This document shows, piece after piece, positions 54,766 through 64,000 of a DNA stretch of 64,000 bases (the stretch's first letter is position 1; each line of letters opens with the position of its first letter). The notes beneath the pieces are model-generated. The model made no database searches, was not told the DNA's origin, and saw only the letters and a list, made by a program, of their open reading frames with translations. A program made the translations under genes and the position numbers. The DNA comes from an uncultured delta proteobacterium (lineage in GTDB: Bacteria; Myxococcota_A; Polyangia; Palsa-1104). The stretch lies in NCBI GenBank assembly GCA_963785725.1, contig CAWAWS010000047.1:64001-128000 (forward strand), read 5' to 3'.

Positions 54766-55781
54766 AAGCGGCGACCGATCGCCTGCGCGATCCCGTGCAC
54801 CTGCGTCGCCAGCTCCGTGATCTGCGCTGGCAGCAAGGACTGCGCACCATCGCACAGCGCCTTTTCCGGCTGATTGTGGACCTCGATGATCAGCCCGTCC
54901 GCGCCCGCCGCCACCGCTGCCCGGGCGACCGGCGCCACCAAGTGCCGCAGGCCCGTCGCGTGACTCGGGTCGACGACGATCGGCAGATGCGACATCGCCT
55001 TGACCACCGGGATCGCCGAAATGTCGAGGGTGTTGCGCGTCGACGTCTCGTACGTGCGGATTCCGCGTTCGCACAGGATGATCTGCCGATTCCCGCCGGC
55101 CATGATGTACTCCGCCGCCAGCAAGAGCTCCTGCACCGTCGCCGAAATGCCCCGCTTGAGCAGGATCGGGCGCTTCACCTTCCCCAAATCCTTCAAGAGG
55201 TCGAAGTTCTGCATGTTGCGCGCGCCCACCTGCAGAATGTCGACGTAGTTCAGCATCATCTCGATCTGCGAGCGATCCATCACCTCGCTCACGATCAGCA
55301 GATCGTGGCGATCGGCGGCCGCGCGCATGATCTTGAGGCCCTCTTCGCCCATTCCCTGGAACGCGTACGGCGACGTCCTCGGCTTGAACGCCCCGCCGCG
55401 CATGATCTTTGCGCCCGCCTTGGCCACGATCGGCGCGATCGCCTCGACCTGCTCGCGGTTTTCGATCGTGCACGGCCCCGCCATCAGCACCACGTCCGTC
55501 CCGCCGATCTTTACGCCGCGGCCCACGTCCACGATCGTGTCCGTCTCCTGGAACTGCCGCGACGCCAGCTTGAACGGCGACGAAATCCGCACCACCTTCG
55601 CCACGCCCGTCAGCACCTCGAACTGGCGAGGATCGATGTCGCGGTCGAGGATCCCCACCACGCCGATCACCGTCTGCTCCTTGCCGTCGGAGCGGTGCGG
55701 CTGAAACCCCTCCGTCTTGATGTGGTCCACGACCGAGTCGATCTGCTCGGCCGTCGCGTGAGGGGTCATGACGATCATCAT
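54750..55781 (-). CDS. aroF: 3-deoxy-7-phosphoheptulonate (DAHP) synthase, type I-beta with N-terminal regulatory domain
   Basis: AGPC, RGGAFKPRTSPY, QVGARNMQNF, LCERGIRT and DPSH. Confidence 0.96.
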   Translation of the reverse strand: MMIVMTPHATAEQIDSVVDHIKTEGFQPHRSDGKEQTVIGVVGILDRDIDPRQFEVLTGVAKVVRISSPFKLASRQFQETDTIVDVGRGVKIGGTDVVLMAGPCTIENREQVEAIAPIVAKAGAKIMRGGAFKPRTSPYAFQGMGEEGLKIMRAAADRHDLLIVSEVMDRSQIEMMLNYVDILQVGARNMQNFDLLKDLGKVKRPILLKRGISATVQELLLAAEYIMAGGNRQIILCERGIRTYETSTRNTLDISAIPVVKAMSHLPIVVDPSHATGLRHLVAPVARAAVAAGADGLIIEVHNQPEKALCDGAQSLLPAQITELATQVHGIAQAIGRRFQAAV

Positions 55782-56153
55782 CGGCGTTCACTCCTGAAGG
55801 AGCGGCAGTATACCCCGAGGCGCTCCGACTCTCCCGTGCTTCGGAAGGACTCCCCGTATCTGCATTTTGGGCCGGCGGCGGCATCGAAGACGCCTGCGTT
55901 TGCAGGAATTCTCCGAACGAACGCAGATGCCAACCGACACAGCTGAGCGTGCGCCCAAAGCCGCTGATGAGCTCCCGCGGCAGCGTTCGCGCCTTTTCGA
56001 GGCGCATGCGCCAACGCAAGGCTCGCGCCTTTTGTCGACGAAAGATCTTCTTGCTGAAGCGCGGCAGCCAACCGCGCCGCTTGCGTCGAACGGGCGCTTT
56101 TATGGCTGGCTTCGACGCGGGTCTCGACTTCTTGCGCGGTGGCATCACGACAC

Positions 56154-56606
56154 CTACCGCAGCTCGCTGGGCGACACGAAGGGCGGCATCGCCTCGCGCA
56201 CTTCATCCGGAAGATCGGCACGCGCAATTGCCTCGTTCAGCCGATCGATGATCGCGCCGACTCCGTCGCTGAGCGTGCGCGCCTCCACCGCCGTGAGAAT
56301 GTCGACGCGCGCGTAGGCGACGATCGCCTGCTTGGCCTCGTGACACAGCCGCATCGAGACCGCGAGCCGCCGATACCAGCGCGGCAGCGACAGGCCACCT
56401 TGCGCGGCCTCGACGAGCCGTTCGGCGACATCGATGAGAATCGCCTGCAATCGATCGAGGTCGAGCGGATTGTCGCGCGCGCGGTGAACGACATCGTCGA
56501 GCAGCCGATTGACGGCTTCGAGCGCGATGTACGGCGGAAACTCCCGATGCGGGAACAGCTGATCGTGAGTCGCAGGAACGAGGAGCGTGGGTTTGTCGGG
56601 ACGCAT
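56154..56606 (-). CDS. Hypothetical all-helical protein, possibly a divergent four-helix-bundle (23S rRNA IVP-like) protein
   Basis: 150 aa with four amphipathic helices; DRLQAILIDVAERLVEA echoes DQLxRAxxSVxxNIAEG. Confidence 0.6.
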   Translation of the reverse strand: MRPDKPTLLVPATHDQLFPHREFPPYIALEAVNRLLDDVVHRARDNPLDLDRLQAILIDVAERLVEAAQGGLSLPRWYRRLAVSMRLCHEAKQAIVAYARVDILTAVEARTLSDGVGAIIDRLNEAIARADLPDEVREAMPPFVSPSELR

Positions 56607-56710
56607 GCCAGCGCCGTAAAGCAGGCTGCATGCCGCCGACAACTAGCTGGAATTATTTGGATGAAGTCTGAATTTTGTCCGGCAGGCGGACAAGATCCGA
56701 ATACCGGACG

Positions 56711-57028
56711 TCAGCCCGCTTCGCGAAAGGCGTCGTCGACGAACTTCAGCTCGCCCTGCGGACCGACCAAGATCACACCGCGCTGGTCAAGGCCGAGCTT
56801 CTCGGGATCGCCCACGTTCCACGAAATCGTCGTCGTCGCGCCCGGCGGGCCGACGACCGGAACGCCATCGATGCGGCCGCGTTGACCGACGATCGCGAGA
56901 CGTTGCCGGGCCACGAAACGGCCGTTGGAAATGGGGAAACGCGGCTCGAGCGGCTCGGCGCCGAACAGCGAGGCCGCGTCATCGGAGGAGAGCCGAACGA
57001 AGCGCGGCTGATGGGGCTTGCGAATCAC
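56711..57028 (-). CDS. Single-domain PduL/PTAC-like protein, degenerate
   Basis: RFVRLSSDDAASLFG, IVGQRGRIDGVPVVGP, DPEKLG and VILVGPQGE align by eye with the first half of PduL. Confidence 0.72.
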   Translation of the reverse strand: MIRKPHQPRFVRLSSDDAASLFGAEPLEPRFPISNGRFVARQRLAIVGQRGRIDGVPVVGPPGATTTISWNVGDPEKLGLDQRGVILVGPQGELKFVDDAFREAG

Positions 57029-57072
57029 AAGTAGACAATAAGCAAAGGCACACGCAGCGTCAAACGGTACCG

Positions 57073-58983
57073 CTATACATCGATATCTTTGGCGTCGGTG
57101 GCGCGCTCCATGATGAAGCGGAATCGCGCCGACGGATCCTTGCCCATCAGCTCGTTCATGATGCGATCCGTGTCGAGCGGGTTCTCGACCACGACGCGCA
57201 GCGCCGAGCGTCGCTTGGGATCGAGCGTCGTCGCTTTCAGATCCTCGGCCGGCATCTCGCCCAAGCCTTTGAAGCGGCTGATCTCCGGCTTCGCATTCTT
57301 CGGCGCCTTCGCCAAGATCTTCTCTTTGGCGTCATCGTCGAGCGCCCAATAACGCTCCTTGCCGACCTCGATCTTGTAGAGCGGCGGCAAAGCCAAGAAG
57401 ACGTGCTTGTTCTCGATCAGCTTGCGCATGTGTCGATAGAAGAACGTCAGCAGCAGCGTCGAGATGTGATGCCCGTCGGAGTCGGCATCGGTGAGGATGA
57501 AGATCTTGCCGTAGCGCAGCTTCGTCTCGTCGTAGTCGTCGCCGAGCCCGCAGCCGAGCGCCGTCACGATGTTCTTGAGCTCGGCGTTGTTGAGGATCTT
57601 CTCGGTCGACGCCTGCTCGACGTTCAACACCTTGCCGCGCAAAGGGAGAATCGCCTGCGTACGACGATCGCGCCCCTGTTTCGCCGAGCCGCCTGCCGAG
57701 TCGCCCTCGACGATGAACAACTCCGACTCGTCGGGAGACGTCGACGCGCAATCGGCCAGCTTGCCCGGCAAGTTCAGGCGATGACTGACCGCCGTCTTGC
57801 GCGTGACCGCTTGCGACGCCGCGCGCGACGCTTCGCGTGCGCGAGCGGCGAGCACGATGCGCGCGATGATGCCTTCGGCGGTCGACTTATTCTCCGTCAG
57901 CCAGCGCTCGAGACCGCCGCGAATGACGCCGTCGACTTCGCCTTGAACCTCGGGATTATTGAGTTTGTCTTTAGTCTGGCCCTGAAATTGCGGATTCAGG
58001 ATGTAGACCGACAAGACCGCGAGCAGACCTTCGCGAATGTCTTCGGCCGTGATGCTGACGCCTTTGGGGGTCAGCCCGTGCGTCTCGATGAAGTTGCGGA
58101 TTGCTTTGACGACGCCCGACTTGAGGCCGGCTTCGTGTGTGCCACCAGCCGGCGTCGGGATGCCGTTGACGTACGAACGAACATGCTCGTCCGTCGACTC
58201 GGTCCATTCGAGCGCGATCTCGACACGCGGCTCGTCTTTGACGAACGAAAACACGCTCGACTGAATCGGCGGATGCCCGCGCTCGGCCGCGATCTTGACG
58301 AGATAGTCGGAGATGCCGCCGTCGTGCGCGAACTCGAGCTTCTCGCCGGTGCCTTCGTCGTGAAACGTGACGTGCAAGCCGCGATGCAAATACGTCTTGG
58401 CTTCGAGGCGATCGCGAACGTCGGCGGAGTCGAAGCGCAGCTTGGCGCCGAAGATCTCGGGATCGGGACGGAAGAAGATCTTGGTGCCCGTGCCTTTGTG
58501 CTTCGACTTCGTGCTGTGCAGCTTGCTGGTCGGCACGCCGCGCGAGAACGACTGCACGTGCTCTTGGCCGTCGCGCCAAATCGTCGCCACGAGCTCTTCG
58601 GAGAGTGCATTGACGACCGAGCTGCCGACGCCGTGCAAGCCGCCCGAGTGAATGTAGTTGCCCTGCTCGAACTTTCCGCCGGCGTGCAATGTGCCGAGGA
58701 TGAGCTCGAGCGCGTTCTTCTTGTACTTGGGAACGTAATCGACTGGGATGCCGCGACCGTCATCTTCGACGGTGACCGAGCGGCCATCCTTGTCGAGCGA
58801 GACCCAAATGGTCTTGGCGTAACCGTTGATGACCTCGTCGATCGAGTTGTCGACGATCTCCCACAATAGATGATGGTAGCCGCGCGAATCGACGCCGCCG
58901 ATGTACATGCCGGGACGCTTGCGAACGGGCTCCAGGCCTTCGAGGACTTGTATGTCCTGGCCGGTGTACTTGCGTTCAGCCAT
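57073..58983 (-). CDS. Type IIA DNA topoisomerase subunit B (ParE/GyrB family, probably topo IV-like)
   Basis: [47 protein letters not shown] and RFKGLGEM; 636 aa. Confidence 0.95.
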   Translation of the reverse strand: MAERKYTGQDIQVLEGLEPVRKRPGMYIGGVDSRGYHHLLWEIVDNSIDEVINGYAKTIWVSLDKDGRSVTVEDDGRGIPVDYVPKYKKNALELILGTLHAGGKFEQGNYIHSGGLHGVGSSVVNALSEELVATIWRDGQEHVQSFSRGVPTSKLHSTKSKHKGTGTKIFFRPDPEIFGAKLRFDSADVRDRLEAKTYLHRGLHVTFHDEGTGEKLEFAHDGGISDYLVKIAAERGHPPIQSSVFSFVKDEPRVEIALEWTESTDEHVRSYVNGIPTPAGGTHEAGLKSGVVKAIRNFIETHGLTPKGVSITAEDIREGLLAVLSVYILNPQFQGQTKDKLNNPEVQGEVDGVIRGGLERWLTENKSTAEGIIARIVLAARAREASRAASQAVTRKTAVSHRLNLPGKLADCASTSPDESELFIVEGDSAGGSAKQGRDRRTQAILPLRGKVLNVEQASTEKILNNAELKNIVTALGCGLGDDYDETKLRYGKIFILTDADSDGHHISTLLLTFFYRHMRKLIENKHVFLALPPLYKIEVGKERYWALDDDAKEKILAKAPKNAKPEISRFKGLGEMPAEDLKATTLDPKRRSALRVVVENPLDTDRIMNELMGKDPSARFRFIMERATDAKDIDV

Positions 58984-61281
58984 TTAGTCCTTTGTCTCCG
59001 ACTTATCGTCCGCGGCCGGCAGCTCGGGCACGGCCACCGGCGGTGTAATGACGCGCTCGACGCGCTCTTTGCGCGAGAAGATCTGACGGCCTTTGCTGCC
59101 GCGCGGAACGCGGTCTTTCTTGAGCGGCCGCACTTCTTCCGTCCGTCCCTTGTCGCTCTCGAGGACGAGCGGCTCGTTCACGGTGAACCCGACCACCGTC
59201 GTCGAATCTTCGTCGATCTTGATGACCGTGACGCCGCGCCCCGGATTGGCCAACAGGTTGACGTCCGCGACATCGCACACGAGCGCGTGCGAATCCTGCG
59301 TCGCGACGCAGAGAATGCCGTCGTCGGGCGCCGCGCGAACGCCGACGATTTCGTCACCGTCGGCGACGCGGGCGAAGCGTCGTCCGGCGCGCGTCGAGAT
59401 CTCGCTGTGCGGCGCCAATGCGAAGCGCAATCCGTAGCCGGCCTTGGTGATCGCCACCAAGTTCTCGTCCTTCGGCTTCATGCGTTCGTCGAGCGAGAGC
59501 GCCCACACCACACGCTCACCGTCCTTGAACTTGAACAGCTTTTGCACCGGATCGCCGTAGCCGGTCGACGCCGGAATATCGACGATCTTCGCGACATAAG
59601 CCGATCCGAAGTTGGTGAAGAAGGCGATGGCGCTGCGCGTGTTGCCGGCGAGCACGTCCATGACCGAGTCGCCCTCGCGCACGCGCGTCGACGAAGCGTC
59701 CTTGAGCTCGCGCACGCGCTTGACCCAGCCGTCGCGCGTCAAGATGACGTTGGCGTCCTCATCGACGATGTACGCGTCCGGATTGAATTCAGGCTCGTCC
59801 GACGAGACGCTGATCTTCGTCTTCCGCTTGTCGCCGTACTTGGTGACGATCTCTTGCAGCTCGTCTTTGACGACCGTCCAACGACGCGCGTCGCTCTTCA
59901 ACAACGTCTCGAGCCGATTCGCCTCTTTGCGCTTTTCTCCGAGCTCTTTTTGGATCAGCAGGATCTCGAGCCGCGCCAACCGATACAGCTTGAGCTCGAG
60001 GATGGCGTCGACCTGCTCCTCGTCGAGCTCGAAGCGCTTCATCAGCTTTTGCGCCGCGTCCGCTTTGCCTTCGGACTTGCGGATGATGCGGATAACTTCG
60101 TCGAGCGCGTCGTAAACCTTGGCGTAGCCCTCGAGAATGTGAATGCGCCCGTTCAGCGCGTCCAAGTCGAAGCGAAAACGACGCGTAACGACCTCGAAGC
60201 GGAACTCGAGGAAATGGCGCAGACACGCGCGCAGATTCAGCCGCTCCGGCCGGCCGACTTCGGGATTGTCCGTCGGCACGAGGCAGGTCAGGTTGACCTG
60301 CACGTTGTTCTGTAGCGCCGTGTTCTTGTACAGGTACGCCATCACCAGCGCGGCGTCGGCGTCCTTCTTGATTTCGAGCTCGATGCGCACGTCAGTGGTC
60401 GACTGATCGAGCACGTCGACGAGCTGCGGCAGCTTACGTTCGCGAATGATCTCGCCGATCTTCTCGACGATCGCCTGCTTCGTCGGGCCGTACGGAATCG
60501 ACGTGATGACGATGAGCTGGTTCTTCTTCGTCTTCGATTCCTCGAGATCCCATTCGCCGCGCAACTTGAACGAGCCCGAGCCCGACTCGTAGATTTCCTT
60601 GAGATCGCGTTTCGACGCCAGCACTTGGCCGCCCGTCGGGAAATCGGGACCTTTGATGTACTTGAGCAGATCCTTCGAATCCAGCGCCGGATCGTCGATG
60701 AGCGCCATGCAGGCTTCGACGACTTCCGTCATGTTGTGCGGCGGAATCGAGGTCGCCATGCCGACCGCGATGCCTTGCGTGCCGTTGACGAGTAGATTGG
60801 GAAACTTCGAGGGCAGAACGACCGGCTCGGAGCGCGTTCCGTCGTAATTCGGCCGCCATTCGACCGTCTTGGCGCGAATCTCCTCGATGAGCTCGGCCGC
60901 CAGCTTCTGCAGCTTGGCTTCCGTGTAGCGCATCGAAGCCGCCGAATCGCCGTCGAGCGAGCCGAAGTTGCCTTGCCCGTCGACCAGCGGATAGCGCAGC
61001 GAAAAGTCCTGCGCCATGCGCACGAGCGCGTCGTAAATCGCCGTGTCGCCATGGGGATGATAGTTGCCCATGACGTCGCCGACGACCTTGGCGCACTTGC
61101 GGTGGCGACCGTCCGCCAGCAAATGCAGGTCATGAAACATCGTGTAGATGATGCGGCGCTGGACCGGCTTCAGGCCGTCGCGCACATCGGGCAGCGCTCG
61201 CGAAGTGATGACAGATAGCGCGTAGTTGAGATAGCGCCGCTGCGTCTCCTCCGAGAGCGGAATCGTCTGAATGTCCGGCAT
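58984..61281 (-). CDS. Type IIA DNA topoisomerase subunit A (ParC/GyrA family, probably topo IV-like)
   Basis: [22 protein letters not shown], catalytic MRYTE and GPDFPTGG; short CTD with no GyrA-box seen. Confidence 0.95.
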   Translation of the reverse strand: MPDIQTIPLSEETQRRYLNYALSVITSRALPDVRDGLKPVQRRIIYTMFHDLHLLADGRHRKCAKVVGDVMGNYHPHGDTAIYDALVRMAQDFSLRYPLVDGQGNFGSLDGDSAASMRYTEAKLQKLAAELIEEIRAKTVEWRPNYDGTRSEPVVLPSKFPNLLVNGTQGIAVGMATSIPPHNMTEVVEACMALIDDPALDSKDLLKYIKGPDFPTGGQVLASKRDLKEIYESGSGSFKLRGEWDLEESKTKKNQLIVITSIPYGPTKQAIVEKIGEIIRERKLPQLVDVLDQSTTDVRIELEIKKDADAALVMAYLYKNTALQNNVQVNLTCLVPTDNPEVGRPERLNLRACLRHFLEFRFEVVTRRFRFDLDALNGRIHILEGYAKVYDALDEVIRIIRKSEGKADAAQKLMKRFELDEEQVDAILELKLYRLARLEILLIQKELGEKRKEANRLETLLKSDARRWTVVKDELQEIVTKYGDKRKTKISVSSDEPEFNPDAYIVDEDANVILTRDGWVKRVRELKDASSTRVREGDSVMDVLAGNTRSAIAFFTNFGSAYVAKIVDIPASTGYGDPVQKLFKFKDGERVVWALSLDERMKPKDENLVAITKAGYGLRFALAPHSEISTRAGRRFARVADGDEIVGVRAAPDDGILCVATQDSHALVCDVADVNLLANPGRGVTVIKIDEDSTTVVGFTVNEPLVLESDKGRTEEVRPLKKDRVPRGSKGRQIFSRKERVERVITPPVAVPELPAADDKSETKD

Positions 61282-61374
61282 GTCGCGCGCGCAACATAAC
61301 GGGTGAGCCGCGCAGGGTCAAATGCCCTGGCAGGTCGCAACCCAATGTGTCGACGGTGAATTGGTACGAGAGGA

Positions 61375-62073
61375 CTACGTGTTGGGGACGGACTTGCGCT
61401 TCTTGCCGTGCGGATGACCCATGTCACTCGAGCCGGGCGGCGAGTAGTCGATCCAGCGGTACGAAGGCTCTGGGCGGATGTCGACGTGCACGAAACCGCC
61501 GCGCGGATAGATCCCGATGCCCATGCCGCCCGTGTCGAGCGACTCGACATACTTGTGCAGCACCTTCTCGTTCACGCCCGGAATGCGAATATCGGAGGCT
61601 GAGCCGTGGAAATGGAACGACGAGGTGCGCTTCTGGTTGCGGAATCCCGACACCAGCTCGATGCGCTTACCGAAGTGGTCATATACGCGCGAGAGCATCT
61701 CGAACAGGCGCGGATCGATCGCTTTCTCGGTGCCCGTCCGCTTGCAGCGCCAAAAATGATTCAGCTGATCGACGGCGTCATCGTTGAACGTGCCGTCTTC
61801 ATTGTACAGATCGACGTTGAGCGACTCGCCGAAGTTGACGGCGTAGAGCTCGATCTTGCCCGAGGGCTTGTCGAGCGGTTCGTCGCGAAGCTCGTCCACG
61901 GCGGCGAGACGGCCGGAAAACACCGCGTGCGAGCGGTGTTTTTTCTTGTGTCCCGCCTTGCTGGCGGCGACCGGCGGCGCGGCGTCCGCGTGTTCAGGTT
62001 CGTCCGCGTGCGCGGATCCCAAGCTCACGGTACCGGCGAAAACGAGCGCTGCAAACCAGGCTGACTTCTCCAA
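61375..62073 (-). CDS. YcbK/DUF882 family (peptidase M15) exported protein
   Basis: IDPRLFEML, VSGFR, SFHFHGSASD and FVHVD; signal peptide. Confidence 0.88.
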   Translation of the reverse strand: MEKSAWFAALVFAGTVSLGSAHADEPEHADAAPPVAASKAGHKKKHRSHAVFSGRLAAVDELRDEPLDKPSGKIELYAVNFGESLNVDLYNEDGTFNDDAVDQLNHFWRCKRTGTEKAIDPRLFEMLSRVYDHFGKRIELVSGFRNQKRTSSFHFHGSASDIRIPGVNEKVLHKYVESLDTGGMGIGIYPRGGFVHVDIRPEPSYRWIDYSPPGSSDMGHPHGKKRKSVPNT

Positions 62074-62275
62074 TGGCCTCTGCCTCCCGTCGTCTATCGT
62101 TACTGCCTGTCGCGTGACGTACCCATCGGATCGGCCAAGATCGTTGTGGGCGCGAGAACCACAGAAGCACCTACATCCTGAGTGGTCCTCTAGGGTTAGC
62201 CCCTATTCACACAATACTTTTTCGACAGTACCGAGATACGAAGAGCCCCGTCAAGGGAAAATATATGCTGTGGCG

Positions 62276-62734
62276 TCAGGGGTTTGCCTTAGAGGGCGCG
62301 CCCTCGAGGTTGAAAGGCAGATGCTGGAGCTCGATATTTAGCTGTTTGGCGACGTCGAAAATTCGGTTGTCGCGATAGAACTCGCCGTAGACGATGCGAC
62401 GAATTCCCGAGTTCGCGACCTGCTTGAAGCAACTCCAGCAAGGCGACGCGGTGACGTAGATGGACGAGTCGTCGATGGCGACGCCGTTCTTGGCCGCTTG
62501 CAGGATCGCGTTCGACTCGGCGTGAATCGTCGCGACGCAGTGGCCCTCTTCCATCATGTGGCCGACCTCGGAGCAGTGTGGCATGCCGCGAATCGACCCG
62601 TTGTAGCCCGTCGACAAGATCGTCTTGTCGCGCACGATGACGGCGCCGACGAACTTGCGGTCGCACGTCGATCGCGACGAGACGACGCGAGCGATGTTCA
62701 TGAAGTATTCGTCCCAAGATGCGCGCGGTTGCAT
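62276..62734 (-). CDS. Deoxycytidylate deaminase family protein (ComEB-like)
   Basis: SWDEYFM, RSTC, TGYNG, HAESNA and PCWSC; ATG 62734. Confidence 0.93.
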   Translation of the reverse strand: MQPRASWDEYFMNIARVVSSRSTCDRKFVGAVIVRDKTILSTGYNGSIRGMPHCSEVGHMMEEGHCVATIHAESNAILQAAKNGVAIDDSSIYVTASPCWSCFKQVANSGIRRIVYGEFYRDNRIFDVAKQLNIELQHLPFNLEGAPSKANP

Positions 62735-62857
62735 GGCGCGAATGATACGAACCGTTTGCCGTCCAGGCGAGCCGAATCTGCCGCGTGTCACCGAACTGCA
62801 GATCGCGAGGAACCGCGGACACCGCCAGCCGGTCACATCGCGGTCCTGCGAGCGCGT

Positions 62858-63472
62858 TTACGTCGCAGGGAGGGCCGCCGTGTTGACGGCCATCAGGTCG
62901 TGAACGCGCGACCGAGCCTGACGAAGCGTGCGCGCGATGTCGCCGCGACCGAGCACGTGACGGCAGCTTTGGCCGACGCTGACTCCGGCGCGTGCGGCCT
63001 GACTGAAGCATTGGACGCGTAAATAGTAAGCGCCGTGAACGCCGCGCTTGGCGTAGCGAACGCCCGAGTTGTAGTGGTTGAGCCGGCAGCGGTCGAAGTC
63101 GACATGTCCACTACACGCGGCACTGTATTCCTTCAGCTCGCGCGCCGCTTCTTGGAACGCGAGCCAATACGAACGACGGAGCTGCTTACACGTGAACTTC
63201 GTGATCGTCACACGGGTCTGCGTCAAGCCGCAGTCCTTGCCATCGGGACCTTTGATGTCCTCGACGAAGTCCGACTCGTTGCGCGCGACGCCGATGAGCT
63301 CGAACGGATCTATGCCCGCGCGCTCGCCGTGATAGGTCGCAGCGACGGCATATTGAGCGGCTTTTTCGTACGAAAGCGGCACTCCCGGAGCTTGGATCGC
63401 GTAGATTCCTGCGCTCAGCTGCAGCAAGGTCGTGAGCTTGACGACGGTGGCTAAGTATAAGTCGACGTGCAT
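62858..63472 (-). CDS. Lysozyme-like / SLT-type lytic transglycosylase domain protein
   Basis: GIDPFELIGVARNESDF, GLTQ and HYNSG motifs in SLT order; GGAGGA SD before ATG 63472. Confidence 0.72.
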   Translation of the reverse strand: MHVDLYLATVVKLTTLLQLSAGIYAIQAPGVPLSYEKAAQYAVAATYHGERAGIDPFELIGVARNESDFVEDIKGPDGKDCGLTQTRVTITKFTCKQLRRSYWLAFQEAARELKEYSAACSGHVDFDRCRLNHYNSGVRYAKRGVHGAYYLRVQCFSQAARAGVSVGQSCRHVLGRGDIARTLRQARSRVHDLMAVNTAALPAT

Positions 63473-63499
63473 GACGATCGTCCTCCGCACACACGCCAT

Positions 63500-63516
63500 C
63501 GCAACCGACGTGCCGA
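63500..63516 (-). promoter_or_regulatory. Sigma54 (-24/-12) promoter of the SLT-like gene
   Basis: Minus strand TCGGCACG-TCGG-TTGCG with GG-N10-GC spacing; the predicted start site falls just before the SD. Confidence 0.68.
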
Positions 63517-63645
63517 GGTGATGAATCGGGCGACAGACGCCATGTGCAACGGCCGCGACAGAAAATGGAGAACCGCAATTCCACTACAACGGCGACGCAG
63601 CGACGCAAAGAGGCGCCCGTGAACGCCGCAGCCTATACTTCGCAC

Positions 63646-64000
63646 GTGAGAAGCTTGTGCACGCTGGCGGTGGCCCTTGGGTCGCTGACGGCGCAGGCGG
63701 GGACGCTGCCGGAGCCAGAGCTGGCGGTGGAAAACGGGCGGGGATTCATCGTGCGCGGCGACGATCGCATGGAGGTCGCGGCGCAGCTCCTGTTCGATCA
63801 TCGGCAGAGCTCGACGGCGAGCGGCGGGCCGCGCACGCAGCCGATTCGCTGGAAAGCCGACGCGACCGCGACGTTGACGACACCTGATGGCGCACTCGAT
63901 GTCGTGCTCAAGCTCGAACGCAGCGATCTGGGCACGATCACGCTGACCATCGACGGCGCCTGGCGACGACCGACGTGGGTGCATTTGGCCGCGATCGAGG
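63646..64000 (+). CDS. Exported hypothetical protein, partial (runs off the window)
   Basis: GTG 63646 gives MRSLCTLAVALGSLTAQAGTLPEP, open to the window end; TATACT 6 nt upstream. Confidence 0.65.
   Translation, partial: MRSLCTLAVALGSLTAQAGTLPEPELAVENGRGFIVRGDDRMEVAAQLLFDHRQSSTASGGPRTQPIRWKADATATLTTPDGALDVVLKLERSDLGTITLTIDGAWRRPTWVHLAAIE

Noticed and set aside
53203..56148. 981-aa ORF as a single giant protein
   Set aside because: Its middle is an off-frame read-through of aroF and is antisense to the small membrane gene; the TPR gene has its own signal peptide and -10 at 54447.
56154..56606. Diversity-generating retroelement suggested by an Avd-like helical protein
   Set aside because: No reverse transcriptase and no template/variable repeat pair seen in the window.
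63560..63630. GACGCAAAG resembling part of a c-di-GMP-I riboswitch
   Set aside because: The GGCAAAC and GNRA-tetraloop P2 stem elements are missing.

Overview
GC-rich bacterial chromosomal window, most likely Myxococcota (inferred from a MYXO-CTERM-type tail, an AgmX/PglI-like C-terminal domain and an MXAN_2562-like barrel). About 55 genes. Mostly core functions: rho-rpmE-prfA, fadR-like TetR-etfB-etfA, truA-pssA, recN-nadK, rplM-rpsI-argC, groES-groEL with a perfect CIRCE, panB-panC, a DAHP synthase and a type IIA topoisomerase A/B pair. These are interleaved with envelope and signalling genes. No rRNA, tRNA, CRISPR array, transposase or prophage was recognised. The best candidate for an undescribed system is a translationally coupled pair of membrane histidine kinases with complementary defects (14808-18494). 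The first has an intact ATP-binding domain but Ala in place of the phospho-acceptor His; the second keeps the His but has a degenerate ATP-binding domain. This suggests an obligate heterodimeric split kinase. Other points of note: a sigma54 two-component system followed by a coiled-coil/beta-barrel/ECF sigma/zinc-free anti-sigma/HhH cluster; a CFI-box-CTERM surface protein paired with a beta-barrel; a stand-alone half-PduL lacking its His ligands; a degenerate REC-GGDEF; a Bacillus-type FadR operator; and at least 11 leaderless-type TANNNT-N6-8-start signatures. Four +1 frameshifts look like sequencing errors. All family assignments come from motif recognition by eye; no database searches were run.
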